Below, piece by piece: positions 1 through 9,154 of a stretch of 34,357 nt of DNA. Below the pieces are notes generated by a model. It did not search any database, was not told the DNA's origin, and saw only the letters and a list, made by a program, of their open reading frames with translations. The stretch is from a virus. Taxonomy: Duplodnaviria > Caudoviricetes. Position numbers and translations under genes: made by a program. Every line of letters starts with the position of its first letter. Within the stretch, counting starts at the first letter, position 1. The DNA lies in the IMG/VR virus record IMGVR_UViG_3300015370_001122, positions 1 through 34,357 of that record; one strand, written 5' to 3'.

Positions 1-492
1 TCACCCTCCCTGAAGCCTCTTTTTCTCGCGGCGGATTGCCACTGCCAGTCCACCCCGAACCTCATCGTCGGTCTCCATGTCCCACACTTCCTCGTAGAGC
101 AGCGAAGCGAGTTCGCTTCGCTCTGAGGGAGGTGCCCCGCCGCCGAGCTCTTCAAACATCGCTTCGACGGCCGTAATGACGAGGGCAAGCCTCCGAGGGT
201 CTATCGCTGCCTTGCTCGGGTTCACATGGATCGGCGGAAACCCCGAGAGCATTTCGCCTTTTCCGTCGGCCAGCCAGTCGAGCGACACCCCCATTACAGC
301 CGCCGCGTGAGCCAGGAGCGTGAAGCCGGGGTCCGCCGCTCCCGACCGCCACTTTTTTACACCGGACTCCGACGTGCCGATTTCCTCGGCAAGCGTCTTG
401 GCCGATTTGCCGGATGATTTCATCGCCACTTTCAGGCGCTCGGCAAAGCCCTTTCTGTCCAGAACGGGCACTTTAGGGTCGTCTTCCTCCAT
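1..492 (-). CDS. Phage repressor, XRE/Cro-CI HTH; no S24 peptidase domain
   Basis: N-terminal HTH (FAERLKVAM...AKTLAEEIGTSESGVKKWRSGAADPG...GVSLDWLADGKGEM); divergent from ner. Confidence 0.85.
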   Translation of the reverse strand: MEEDDPKVPVLDRKGFAERLKVAMKSSGKSAKTLAEEIGTSESGVKKWRSGAADPGFTLLAHAAAVMGVSLDWLADGKGEMLSGFPPIHVNPSKAAIDPRRLALVITAVEAMFEELGGGAPPSERSELASLLYEEVWDMETDDEVRGGLAVAIRREKKRLQGG

Positions 493-582
493 ATCTCGTT
501 CCCGTCCTAGCGCCTCAACAGATTGAAAAGATAAGGGAATTTTCGGCCCTTCGATTTCTTGCCCCGATTTTTGGACCTGATA

Positions 583-623
583 GTGACTTTTCGTCTTGAG
601 AAAAGGTCACTTTTAGGTACTAT
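583..623 (+). promoter_or_regulatory. Candidate early promoter with overlapping operator dyads
   Basis: TTGAGA (596-601), 16 nt, TACTAT (618-623); GTGACTTTTC (583-592) is inverted to GAAAAGGTCAC (600-610); near-palindrome AAAAGGTCACTTTT (601-614); AT-rich gap between divergent genes. Confidence 0.5.
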
Positions 624-650
624 CTTCATCGTTAACCAATCGAGGCCCAT

Positions 651-968
651 ATGCGTATACGAACTGAAGACATCCCGAAAGAACCCGCCGTGAGGCGGGC
701 ATGGGTCATCTATCAGCTCAAGATTCGCGGTGTCACGCTGGCAGCGATCGGCCGCGATGAAGGTGTTTCGGCGAACGCCGTCGCCAATGCTCTCCTCAAT
801 CCATCCAGCTACCTGGAAGAAGCGATTGCCCGCCGCCTCGACCTGACCGCCCGGCAGCTCTTCGCCGAGCGGTTCAACAAGGCCGGCGAGCGGATCAACC
901 AGACGAAGCCGCGCAATCGTACCAGCCCGGCCCCCGCGCACAATGTCCATTTCGCAGGGGCTCGCTGA
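651..968 (+). CDS. ner: Ner/Nlp-family DNA-binding protein
   Basis: WVIYQLKIRGVTLAAIGRDEGVSANAVANAL...EEAIARRLDLTARQLFAERF is the Ner HTH pattern; first early gene; GAGG RBS. Confidence 0.85.
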   Translation: MRIRTEDIPKEPAVRRAWVIYQLKIRGVTLAAIGRDEGVSANAVANALLNPSSYLEEAIARRLDLTARQLFAERFNKAGERINQTKPRNRTSPAPAHNVHFAGAR

Positions 969-969
969 C

Positions 970-1464
970 ATGGCGCGCCGCCCATCGCCGCACGCTCCCT
1001 CCCCCAATCAGCCGGGCTTCTTCGACCGGCCGGAAACGATCCTCGAAGGCGCGGCGCTTTCTACCGCGATTCGCGAGGCCGTCTCCGATGCGCTGGCCTT
1101 CGCCAAAGCGCAAGGCCGCGACCGCTTCGCCGTCGCCTCCGACATGTCGCGCCTGACCGGCCGCGACATGACCAAGAACATGCTGGACCGCTATGCCGCG
1201 CCTTCGGCCGACGACTGGCGGTTTCCGCTCGAAGCGCTTCCGGCACTCGTGAAGGCCACCGGCGACACACGGCTCGTGACGCTGATAGCGGACGCCTGCG
1301 GCTTCAAGGCGCTGCCAGGCGAGGCCACCGCCGTTGCCGAACTCGTCACGCTCGAACTTCAGCAACGGGCGATCAGTGCGCGCATCGCCGCCGCGAAGAA
1401 GAACCTTCCACAACAGGCGCTCGACTGGGCCGAGCGTGAAGCCGAAGCGCGGGGTCAGCAATGA
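970..1464 (+). CDS. Phage regulatory protein, possibly CII-like
   Basis: ATG 970 directly after the ner stop; R..VA.DMS.L.G...TK.ML..YA.P pattern typical of genes between ner and A in Mu-like prophages. Confidence 0.55.
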   Translation: MARRPSPHAPSPNQPGFFDRPETILEGAALSTAIREAVSDALAFAKAQGRDRFAVASDMSRLTGRDMTKNMLDRYAAPSADDWRFPLEALPALVKATGDTRLVTLIADACGFKALPGEATAVAELVTLELQQRAISARIAAAKKNLPQQALDWAEREAEARGQQ

Positions 1465-1850
1465 AACTCGCGAATGGTATGCCGGTCGATACAGAACAGC
1501 GCCGCGTCCACATCATTTGCGAAGTATTTTTCGCAGGCATCGCCCAGCCGAAAGATGTCGCCAATGCCAAGCTTGCCGCACAGGTGGTCGCCGCGAGCGA
1601 CGATGCGGCGGGCTTCAATCTGGTTGAGCGCCGAGAGAAGCCATCCGCCCGGGTGCTCGATGGCGATAATCGGTTCGAACTCAGGACGCTCTTCCGCCGC
1701 GCAGATGCCCTCGGGCGGCATTTTTTCGGAAAGGGCTACAAGGAACTCGATGACGAGCGAAGCGGCTATGTGTACGCGCTCGCGGAGAGCATCGGTGTGT
1801 ACGACGAAGTTGCTGGTTTCCTGCTTGTCGAAAAACGGGGGCAGCAATGA
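1461..1850 (+). CDS. Hypothetical protein (129 aa)
   Basis: ATGA-coupled at both ends; no recognised family. Confidence 0.6.
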   Translation: MKLANGMPVDTEQRRVHIICEVFFAGIAQPKDVANAKLAAQVVAASDDAAGFNLVERREKPSARVLDGDNRFELRTLFRRADALGRHFFGKGYKELDDERSGYVYALAESIGVYDEVAGFLLVEKRGQQ

Positions 1851-3943
1851 GGGCTTGGCTCACCGCATCGCAGCTCGCTGATCTCCGTCTACCGGGGCTT
1901 CCATCGACCGAGCGCGGCGTTCGCAAGGCTGCCGCGCGGGAGCGGTGGCAAAACCGGATGCGCACGGATCGCGGCGGCGGCAGCGAGTATTGCGTCCAAT
2001 CGCTTTTGAAATCGCTGCCCGAAGGCGCGCGGCGCTCGCTGCTGAAGGCGGTGACAGACACGCCGGACGATCTTCCCGCACCGACGAAGCCTTCCCGCGC
2101 TATCGCCCTCGCCGAACCTGCCGCGCCGCTCGCAGACTGGCAGCTCCGCTGCGCGGATGCGCGCGCCGCGATCCTCCTCGAAGTCGAGCGTCTGACCTGT
2201 TTCGTGGGCGTCGAGGCCGCGATTGAGGAAGTCGTGCAGCTCGCCGCCGAAGGTCAGTTGCGCCCCGACCTGCAAGAGCTGGTTGCCGCCGCGAATGCGC
2301 GTCCAGGCAAAGAGGGCAAGCGGACGCTCTCGATACGGACAATCAAGCGCTGGCGCAGCCTTCACGGCACGGGCGGCATCGACGCCCTGACACCTTCCGC
2401 ACCGCCGCCCGCCGCGCCGCCGGCATGGGGCGCAGCCCTCCTCAAGCTCTACAACACGCCGACGAAGCGCAGCCTCGCCGCCGTCATGGAAGACCTTCCC
2501 GCCGCTCTGCCGGAAGACGTTCCCTGCCCCGATTATCACGCCGCGCGCCGTTTCCTTTCCCGCGTCTCCGTCGTCGATCGCGAGCGCGGCCGTCACGGCC
2601 CGAACGGCCTCCTGAAATTCAAGGGCTTCAAGCGCCGCTCGACGGAAGGGCTGCAACCGCTCGATGTCGTGACGGCGGACGGCCACAGCTTCAAGGCCGA
2701 TGTCGCGCATCCGGTTCACGGCAAGCCGTTCCGGCCGGAAGTCTGCGCACTTCAGGATGTGACGACGCGGTACGTCTTCGGCTGGAGCACGGGCCTCGCG
2801 GAAAGCTCGCATGTCGTCATGGACTCGATCCGGCATGGTGTTTCATCCCTCGGCCTTTTCGCGCTCTTCTATACCGACAACGGCTCCGGCTTCGTCGCCA
2901 AGGCGATGACGGCCGATGTGACGGGCTTTCTCTCGCGGCTTGGCGCTACGCCGGACAACTCGCTCCCGGGCCGCGCGCAGTCGCGCGGCAAGATTGAGCG
3001 CCTGCAATCCACGCTGTGGAAGCGCGCGGCGCGGAAACTACCGAGCTATTCCGGGCGGGACATGGACGGCGAGGCCCGCCGCAAAGTCGTGAAGCTCATC
3101 ACGAAAGACCTCAAGGCATGCGGCGCGAGCCGCTTCCTGATCGGCTGGCAAGATTTCCTCGATTTCTGCACGGCGGAAGTCGAAGCCTACAACAACCGCC
3201 CGCATCGCAGCCTCAAGCGCATTCACGACGAAGTGACGGGGAAGCTCCGTCATCAATCGCCCGCCGAAGCGCTGGAAGAGCATCGCCTGAATGGATGGGT
3301 GCCGGACACACTGACACCGGAAGCGATGACCGATCTCTGGCGGCCCTACGAAATCCGCACGACGGCGCGCGGCGAAGTTCGCCTGCCCTGGGGAACCTAT
3401 TACGCGCAAGAGCTTGTGCCCTTTGGCGGCGAGAAGGTGCGCGTCGGCTACGACATTCACGACGGCTCGAAGGCATGGGTCCGCACGCTCGAAGAGGGCC
3501 GCCTGATCGCGATTGCCATTCGCGATGCGAACGTCGTTCCCGAGCAGCCCGCCTCGAAAATCGAGTATGCGCGCCAGCGCCGCGCGGCAGGCCGCGAGAA
3601 ATTGCTGACCAAGCATATCGAGGAAGTACGCGCCGAACTCGGCCCGGCCCTCATCGAGCTTTCCGCCGAACAGGAATTCTCTCCGGCGATCGAAGCGCGG
3701 CAACGCGAGATCGAGGCGGAACTCCTTCACCCGATGCCGGCCGAGCCGGACCCCGTTGTCCGCCAGCTCGAAACCCGCCGCACACGCTTCCTTCGCGCGC
3801 TCGACATCGAAGAGCGGCTGAAGGCAGGCGGGCCGGTGAGTGTGGAGGATGAGCGCTGGCACAGCGTCTACAGCACCCAGCCCGAATACCGGGCGACACG
3901 GCACATCTATGAGGATTTCGGCGCGGACGCGCTGGAAGCGTGA
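1847..3943 (+). CDS. Mu-type DDE transposase (MuA)
   Basis: N-terminal Mu DNA-binding domain (WLTASQLADLRLPGLPSTERGV); catalytic motifs ADGH, YTDNGSGF, GKIER; YNNRPH; C-terminal VRVGYDIHD. Confidence 0.95.
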   Translation: MRAWLTASQLADLRLPGLPSTERGVRKAAARERWQNRMRTDRGGGSEYCVQSLLKSLPEGARRSLLKAVTDTPDDLPAPTKPSRAIALAEPAAPLADWQLRCADARAAILLEVERLTCFVGVEAAIEEVVQLAAEGQLRPDLQELVAAANARPGKEGKRTLSIRTIKRWRSLHGTGGIDALTPSAPPPAAPPAWGAALLKLYNTPTKRSLAAVMEDLPAALPEDVPCPDYHAARRFLSRVSVVDRERGRHGPNGLLKFKGFKRRSTEGLQPLDVVTADGHSFKADVAHPVHGKPFRPEVCALQDVTTRYVFGWSTGLAESSHVVMDSIRHGVSSLGLFALFYTDNGSGFVAKAMTADVTGFLSRLGATPDNSLPGRAQSRGKIERLQSTLWKRAARKLPSYSGRDMDGEARRKVVKLITKDLKACGASRFLIGWQDFLDFCTAEVEAYNNRPHRSLKRIHDEVTGKLRHQSPAEALEEHRLNGWVPDTLTPEAMTDLWRPYEIRTTARGEVRLPWGTYYAQELVPFGGEKVRVGYDIHDGSKAWVRTLEEGRLIAIAIRDANVVPEQPASKIEYARQRRAAGREKLLTKHIEEVRAELGPALIELSAEQEFSPAIEARQREIEAELLHPMPAEPDPVVRQLETRRTRFLRALDIEERLKAGGPVSVEDERWHSVYSTQPEYRATRHIYEDFGADALEA

Positions 3944-3945
3944 GG

Positions 3946-3983
3946 AAGAAGAAAGGCGCTGCCCGCCGGAAACGGACAACGCC
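3946..3983 (-). terminator. Candidate intrinsic terminator on the minus strand between A and B
   Basis: Minus strand reads GGCGTTGTCCG-TTTCCGG-CGGGCAGCGCC then TTTCTTCTT; 11-bp stem with two G-U pairs. Confidence 0.45.
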
Positions 3984-4012
3984 CTAAGCCATCAACAAGT
4001 GAGGCCAGAAGA

Positions 4013-4759
4013 ATGACAAAATCGACTACCGCCGTCAACACCGCACCGACCATCGCGCCGCTTCGCAACGTCACGTTGCTTGCCGAACTCGTGGAGCGGG
4101 TGCAGAACCGCGCGCCCAACCTGCCCGGCATGGCGACCTTCAGCGGACCCTCCGGCTACGGAAAAAGCAATGCGGCGATGTATGCCGCCAATCGCTTCCG
4201 CGCCTATCACGTCGAGGTGCGGAGCGTATGGACGCGCAAGAACCTCTGCCTTTCGATCCTGCAAGAAATGGGTGTCACTCAACCCGCGACCACGGTTGCC
4301 GGCATGGTCGATCAGATCGGCGATCAGCTCGCGCGTTCGCAGCGTCCGCTTCTCGTCGATGAGGCAGACTACCTTGTGAAGAAAAGCCTGATCGAGGTCA
4401 TCCGCGATATCTACGAGGCTTCCCAGGCGACGGTCATCCTCATCGGCGAAGAGAACCTGCCGAACGCGCTGAAGCGCTGGGAGCGCGTCCACGGCCGCAT
4501 GCTCGACTGGATACAGGCGCAACCGGCCTCCCTTCACGACACCCGCCACCTCGCGAAGGTCTACTGCCCAGGCATCGAGCTTGCCGACGACCTCATGAGC
4601 GAGGCCCACGTGAAGGCGCGCGGAAGCGTGCGCCGCGTCTGCGTCAATCTCGACCGCATCCGCGAGAAGGCATCGACGCTCGGCAAGCCGCGAATGACGC
4701 TCGCCGACTTTCCCTCCGACGCCTTCTTCACCGGCGAACCCCCGGCCGGGAGGCAGTAA
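4013..4759 (+). CDS. MuB-like AAA+ ATPase (transposition protein B)
   Basis: Walker A GPSGYGKS, Walker B LLVDEAD, ILIGEE; follows the transposase. Confidence 0.93.
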   Translation: MTKSTTAVNTAPTIAPLRNVTLLAELVERVQNRAPNLPGMATFSGPSGYGKSNAAMYAANRFRAYHVEVRSVWTRKNLCLSILQEMGVTQPATTVAGMVDQIGDQLARSQRPLLVDEADYLVKKSLIEVIRDIYEASQATVILIGEENLPNALKRWERVHGRMLDWIQAQPASLHDTRHLAKVYCPGIELADDLMSEAHVKARGSVRRVCVNLDRIREKASTLGKPRMTLADFPSDAFFTGEPPAGRQ

Positions 4760-5391
4760 TGGCACGCAAGCCCGTTCACCTCACCATGAAGCGCGGCAAG
4801 GCGACCGGCCGGCAGGCGGTATGGGAGGCCATCCGCCGTCGCCGTGAGTTCTCGCTCAACGATCTCTGGCATGACACGAAACAGGAGCGCGACACGATCC
4901 GCTCCTATCTCACCGCACTCAGGCGGGGCGGCTATGTCGAGGAGACGGGCGTCAGGCCCGCTTCCAACGGCATCGTCGGCAGCAAGCACAAGAACGCCAT
5001 CCCGATGAAATTGTTCCGCCTCGCACGGGACATCGGCGTGGAAGCGCCGCGCCTCAAGCGGGACGGCACCCCCTGTGCGCAGGGCCTCGCCCAGGAGGCG
5101 ATGTGGCGGACGATGAAGCGGCTTCCCGACTTCACCCTCCGCGACCTCGCCGTCATGTCGCGCACCGAAGAGGTGCCGGTAACGGAAGCGGCTGCGAAGG
5201 ACTATCTGAAGCATCTTTCGGCGGCGGGCTATCTCGTCGTCGTACAGGAAGGCAACGCACATCGCCTCGCCTCCTATCGCTTCGTGAAGTCGCGCAATAC
5301 CGGTCCGCGCGCGCCGATGATCCAGCGTCTGAAAACCGTCTTCGATGCGAACCTCTGCGAGATCGTCTGGCAGGAGGAGGTTGCGGAATGA
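4759..5391 (+). CDS. Conserved Mu-like protein with two winged-helix-like repeats
   Basis: Repeated W..(I/M)R....F...DL...Y(L)..L...GY motif; TGPRAPMIQR..VFDAN tail; typical gene after MuB. Confidence 0.7.
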   Translation: MARKPVHLTMKRGKATGRQAVWEAIRRRREFSLNDLWHDTKQERDTIRSYLTALRRGGYVEETGVRPASNGIVGSKHKNAIPMKLFRLARDIGVEAPRLKRDGTPCAQGLAQEAMWRTMKRLPDFTLRDLAVMSRTEEVPVTEAAAKDYLKHLSAAGYLVVVQEGNAHRLASYRFVKSRNTGPRAPMIQRLKTVFDANLCEIVWQEEVAE

Positions 5392-5777
5392 CTTCCTCCA
5401 TCGACAAGGCGCGCGAGGCGTGGGGCGGCGAGCTGCCGGAATGGGTGGAAGCGCTCGCCCGCGAATGCGATGCCCATGGTCAGCGCGCGACCGCCGCCCG
5501 CGTCGGCTATTCGCAGACCGTCGTCAATCACGTCCTCTCCGCCAAATACGGGCAGACCGGCGAGACGACGGCGCGCGGCAAGCTCTCGGCCGTCGAAATG
5601 GCGGTGCGCGGCACGCTCCTCCAGCAATCCGTCACCTGCCCGTTGCTCGGCGAAATCCCGGCCGATCGCTGCAACGAAAACCAGAAAGCGCCCTGGGCTT
5701 CACACAATCCCACCCGCGTTCTTCTTTACCGCACCTGCCGGAACGGCTGCGTCAACTCAAGGATCAAACCGAAATGA
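5388..5777 (+). CDS. HTH transcriptional regulator with Cys-rich C-terminus
   Basis: GGAGG RBS, ATGA overlap; QRATAARVGYSQTVVNHVL HTH; CPLLGEI...C...CRNGC. Confidence 0.7.
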   Translation: MTSSIDKAREAWGGELPEWVEALARECDAHGQRATAARVGYSQTVVNHVLSAKYGQTGETTARGKLSAVEMAVRGTLLQQSVTCPLLGEIPADRCNENQKAPWASHNPTRVLLYRTCRNGCVNSRIKPK

Positions 5778-6001
5778 CAATCGCATCGGAAATCAGGAGT
5801 GCGACCGGCGCCATGGCGTCTCGCATCCGCGCGGGCACCGTGTCGGACAAATACATCGAAGCGTGGACCGAGGTCATGTCGGCGCTCGCCGATCAGGTCT
5901 CGCAGCTTGAAGGCATGCCGGTGCCGCATGCCGCCCGCGTCAACCACACGGACCTGCCACCCGGCATCGTCTCGCTTCTCAGGGGAAGGAAAAGAGCATG
6001 A
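5774..6001 (+). CDS. Hypothetical protein (75 aa)
   Basis: ATGA-coupled at both ends (MTIASEIR...RKRA). Confidence 0.6.
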   Translation: MTIASEIRSATGAMASRIRAGTVSDKYIEAWTEVMSALADQVSQLEGMPVPHAARVNHTDLPPGIVSLLRGRKRA

Positions 6002-6171
6002 GCGCGAACGCAAAAAGAGCAGAAGACCTTGTGCGCGAAGCCAATCGTCTTCTTCGCAACATCCGGAGCTTCGAGGCGAACCAAGGCAACCGCCCGCCGT
6101 TCTCCGCCGAAGTGGACAGTTTCATCGCCGCTTCCGCCGCATTCCTGACAGAGACGGGAGACGGCGCATGA
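5998..6171 (+). CDS. Small hypothetical protein (57 aa), not in the ORF track
   Basis: MSANAKRAEDLVREANRLLRNIRSFEANQGNRPPFSAEVDSFIAASAAFLTETGDGA*; AAGGA RBS; fills the gap exactly with ATGA overlaps. Confidence 0.65.
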   Translation: MSANAKRAEDLVREANRLLRNIRSFEANQGNRPPFSAEVDSFIAASAAFLTETGDGA

Positions 6172-6455
6172 GCGATCTCGTCGATGTCGTCTGCGTATCG
6201 GAGCGCATCCTGGCCGAAGGCACGCGCGGCGAAACCAGCGTCTCCAATACCGAGCTGCGGGCAATGGCGCGGGCCATTCTCGACTTGCGCACGCGGCTCG
6301 GCTATGGCGCGCGCGCCCTTCACTACATCGACCGCCTCGCGGAAGAGCGATCGCCGGAGCGTCAACGCGATGCGACGGAAGCGCTTCTCACCTTCGAGAG
6401 CGTCCTTATCGAGGCGGGATGCCTGGAGGCCGCACATGCCGGCAATGCTCTCTAG
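6168..6455 (+). CDS. Hypothetical protein (95 aa)
   Basis: GGGAG RBS, ATGA overlap (MSDLVDVV...). Confidence 0.6.
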   Translation: MSDLVDVVCVSERILAEGTRGETSVSNTELRAMARAILDLRTRLGYGARALHYIDRLAEERSPERQRDATEALLTFESVLIEAGCLEAAHAGNAL

Positions 6456-6666
6456 GGCGCTCGAAGCGCTCGACCATTACGCGGCGGTGGCGTTCGTCAC
6501 GCTTCGCGGTCTCTGCCGCCACATCCGCGCCGCGCGCGCGGAACGCATCGAGGCGCAACGGCGAGCCGCCGCGCTTCGCCGCCGCCGCAACGAATACGAA
6601 CGCATCCACTACACGGCGCTCGGCGTCCATCTTCAAAACACCTCTCGCACAAGGAACATCCAATGA
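6436..6666 (+). CDS. Small basic hypothetical protein
   Basis: GGAGG 6 nt before ATG 6436; stop overlaps the next start. Confidence 0.5.
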   Translation: MPAMLSRALEALDHYAAVAFVTLRGLCRHIRAARAERIEAQRRAAALRRRRNEYERIHYTALGVHLQNTSRTRNIQ

Positions 6667-7373
6667 AGCCCGATTTTACACCGCCCGTCGTCACAGTCGG
6701 CGGCAACGATTGCATGGTGGACGGCAGGGGACGCTACACCCCTATCGAACTCGTGAAGCCGGAACACCGGCTCGAAGACGATCTCGTCCGCCTTCTCTTC
6801 GCCCGCGCGCTCGGCGTCTACGAGACGCTGAGCGCCTTCAAGACGCTGGCCTTCGAGAATATCGACGCGCTTCAGGACTTGCTTGCCGAACAATACGGGC
6901 TGAAGCGGCGCGGCGGTCCGAAAGGCAACGTGACCTTTTCGAGCTATGACGGCCGCCTGCAAGTCATGATCCGCGTGTCGGATATTCTGAGCTTCGGCCC
7001 AGAACTCCAGACCGCCAAAGAAATCTGCGACGAATGCCTCATCGAGTGGGGCGCGAGCGCGCCGCCCGTCATCCGCGATCTTATCCAGGACGCCTTCAAG
7101 ACCGGCAAGGCCGGTCAGGTCGCTCGCGATCAGATTTTCCGGTTGCTCCGAACCGAGCATGACGATCCGCGCTGGAAGCGGATGCAGGATGCGCTCCGCG
7201 CCGCGATCCGCGTAGACAGCAGCAAGTCCTATATCCAGTTCCGCTTCCGGCCGAATGCGAATGCGGGATGGATCACGCTGACGCTCGACATCGCCGCCGT
7301 GCCGGTCGCTGGAGACGAGCGCACCGATTGGAAGGCGATTGCCGATGCTCTCGATCTCGGGAGGGCGGCATGA
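6663..7373 (+). CDS. DUF3164 family protein (Mu-like early region, in the usual gam position)
   Basis: LLAEQYG.KRRGG.KGNVTFSSYDG...FGPELQTAK.ICDECL.EW...D.RW...M.A...SK.YI.F pattern. Confidence 0.85.
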   Translation: MKPDFTPPVVTVGGNDCMVDGRGRYTPIELVKPEHRLEDDLVRLLFARALGVYETLSAFKTLAFENIDALQDLLAEQYGLKRRGGPKGNVTFSSYDGRLQVMIRVSDILSFGPELQTAKEICDECLIEWGASAPPVIRDLIQDAFKTGKAGQVARDQIFRLLRTEHDDPRWKRMQDALRAAIRVDSSKSYIQFRFRPNANAGWITLTLDIAAVPVAGDERTDWKAIADALDLGRAA

Positions 7374-7756
7374 CCGGGAAAGCCTCGTCTTTCGACACCT
7401 TCACGCCAGCGCGCGACGTGGCACCTCTATTCGCCGACGCACACCACGCCCGTATTATCTGCCTGCCTTCCGGACGGCAGCTCTACATGGCTTGCTCCGG
7501 CATGGACGCGGACGGCGAACTCGAAGATATCGTTTCGGTGCTTGCGGCACTCGATCTCGACGAGAAAATCCTTCAGCCGTTCCGCGAAGCGGCAGAGGTG
7601 GGCGAGCGCGTGCGCAACTCCGTCCGCGCCATCCGCGACCTGTTGCCGGACACGCTCCAGCCAGGCGATCTCGACGACACGCTTGTCGAGCTGGGCCTCC
7701 ACGCCGCAAGCCGCCGCCTCAACTGGGCGGCCTTCGCCGCGCTTCTCGAAGACTAG
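7370..7756 (+). CDS. Hypothetical protein (128 aa)
   Basis: GGAGG RBS, ATGA overlap (MTGKASS...). Confidence 0.6.
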   Translation: MTGKASSFDTFTPARDVAPLFADAHHARIICLPSGRQLYMACSGMDADGELEDIVSVLAALDLDEKILQPFREAAEVGERVRNSVRAIRDLLPDTLQPGDLDDTLVELGLHAASRRLNWAAFAALLED

Positions 7757-7767
7757 GAACACCGGAA

Positions 7768-8265
7768 ATGTCGGAACGGCAGATAAGCGCATTGCTGGAA
7801 GCCGAGAACGCCGCAACGAAGGAGACGGCGAAGTTCGCCTCCATCGACGAGGCGACGCGGGAAATCCGCGAGGCGTTCATCGCGACATGCCGCGATCTCG
7901 CCGCCTCCAAGCGGGAAGCGAAACTTCTCCAGGAGAAAGGGCCGGACGAGCTGGAGCCCTATGCCGCCTTCATCCTTCGCGAGCATACCAACCGTCTCTT
8001 CTCCGCCGTGGGCGCGCTCCTCGTGGACATGCGCCTCCACGAAGCGCAAGCCGTGCTCTCCTGCATCGACATGATCGTGGAGCTGTCGCGCGACGAAGGC
8101 TTCCGCGACGAGCTGGCAGCACGCCTCAATCTCTATGAGAGCACTCTTTCCGACATGCGCGGTCAGACATCGCCCTTGTCGGCTGAGGATGTACGCATGG
8201 CGCGCTCCGTCGTCCGCACGCTCCGGCAGCGCGAGGAACGTCTTCAGCAGGGAGCGCGCAAATGA
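7768..8265 (+). CDS. Hypothetical helical protein (165 aa)
   Basis: AGGA RBS (MSERQIS...); stop overlaps the next start. Confidence 0.6.
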   Translation: MSERQISALLEAENAATKETAKFASIDEATREIREAFIATCRDLAASKREAKLLQEKGPDELEPYAAFILREHTNRLFSAVGALLVDMRLHEAQAVLSCIDMIVELSRDEGFRDELAARLNLYESTLSDMRGQTSPLSAEDVRMARSVVRTLRQREERLQQGARK

Positions 8266-8513
8266 GCCGCCGTCAGCGCCGCAAGGGCCGGTATCTCGAA
8301 GCGCTCACCGCGCATGACATGGCCCGCATCGCCACCGCCAACGCCGATCTCGCGGCGCTTCACAACCTCTTGCTGCATGACGGCTACAGCCTCGTCCCGT
8401 CGTCGCGGCCCTATCTCCGCGCGGATCGCACCGTCTCCCTTCGTTTCGTATGGCGGAAGCGCGAACCCGGCCTGTCGCTCACCGTCTCCCGCTCCATCGT
8501 CGTGAGGATCTGA
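8262..8513 (+). CDS. Hypothetical protein (83 aa)
   Basis: GGGAG RBS; coupled on both sides. Confidence 0.55.
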   Translation: MSRRQRRKGRYLEALTAHDMARIATANADLAALHNLLLHDGYSLVPSSRPYLRADRTVSLRFVWRKREPGLSLTVSRSIVVRI

Positions 8514-9154
8514 TGCAAGCCGCCCCCGATCTCCGCAGGAAGCTCTATGCGAAGCTCCACATCGCCAAGAAGCAGCTCGGCCTTGACGACGATGCCTGGC
8601 GCGATCTTGTCGAGCGCGCGACCGGCGAGCGCTCGCTTAAAGCGCTGACGGACGATCGGCTCACCCGCCTTGTGGAGGAGTGCCGCCGCCTCGGCTTCAA
8701 GCCGGCTAAGCAATCGAAGCCGCTCGCTGGCGGCCGGGAAATCCGCAAGGCCCGCGCGCTCTGGCTTTCGCTCTGGCATCTTGGGGTCATCCCGGACCCA
8801 TCGGAAGAAGCGCTCGCCGGGTTCGCGCGCCGCGTAACGGGCGGAAAGGAACTCGGCCTCGCTGCGCTTCAGTGGGTGCGCGGGGAAGATGCCTTCGCGC
8901 TCATCGAGGCTCTGAAGGAACGCGCCGCGCGGGATGCCGGTGTCAATTGGTCTCCCTATCGCCAGGGCAATCGCGTCGTTAGCCATAACCCGCGTGCGCG
9001 GGTCATTGAGGCGCAACGCCGCATCCTCAAACAAGCAGGTGATTCGTGCGCTTGGATTGACCTACACAAGCTCTCCGCCGTCGCGGCCGATGCCATGATC
9101 GCGGAACTTGGGGAGAGAGTACGAACCATCCGGGGGGCTGGGGCCGATGTCTGA
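8513..9154 (+). CDS. gemA: GemA (Mu gp16, DUF1018) regulatory protein
   Basis: AKLHIAKKQLGLDDDAWRDL...TG.RS...L; KARALWLSL...G...SEEALAGF; LIEALK. Confidence 0.88.
   Translation: MQAAPDLRRKLYAKLHIAKKQLGLDDDAWRDLVERATGERSLKALTDDRLTRLVEECRRLGFKPAKQSKPLAGGREIRKARALWLSLWHLGVIPDPSEEALAGFARRVTGGKELGLAALQWVRGEDAFALIEALKERAARDAGVNWSPYRQGNRVVSHNPRARVIEAQRRILKQAGDSCAWIDLHKLSAVAADAMIAELGERVRTIRGAGADV

Noticed and set aside
507-1007. 166-aa minus-strand ORF over ner
   Set aside because: Overlaps ner and the promoter region; no recognisable features
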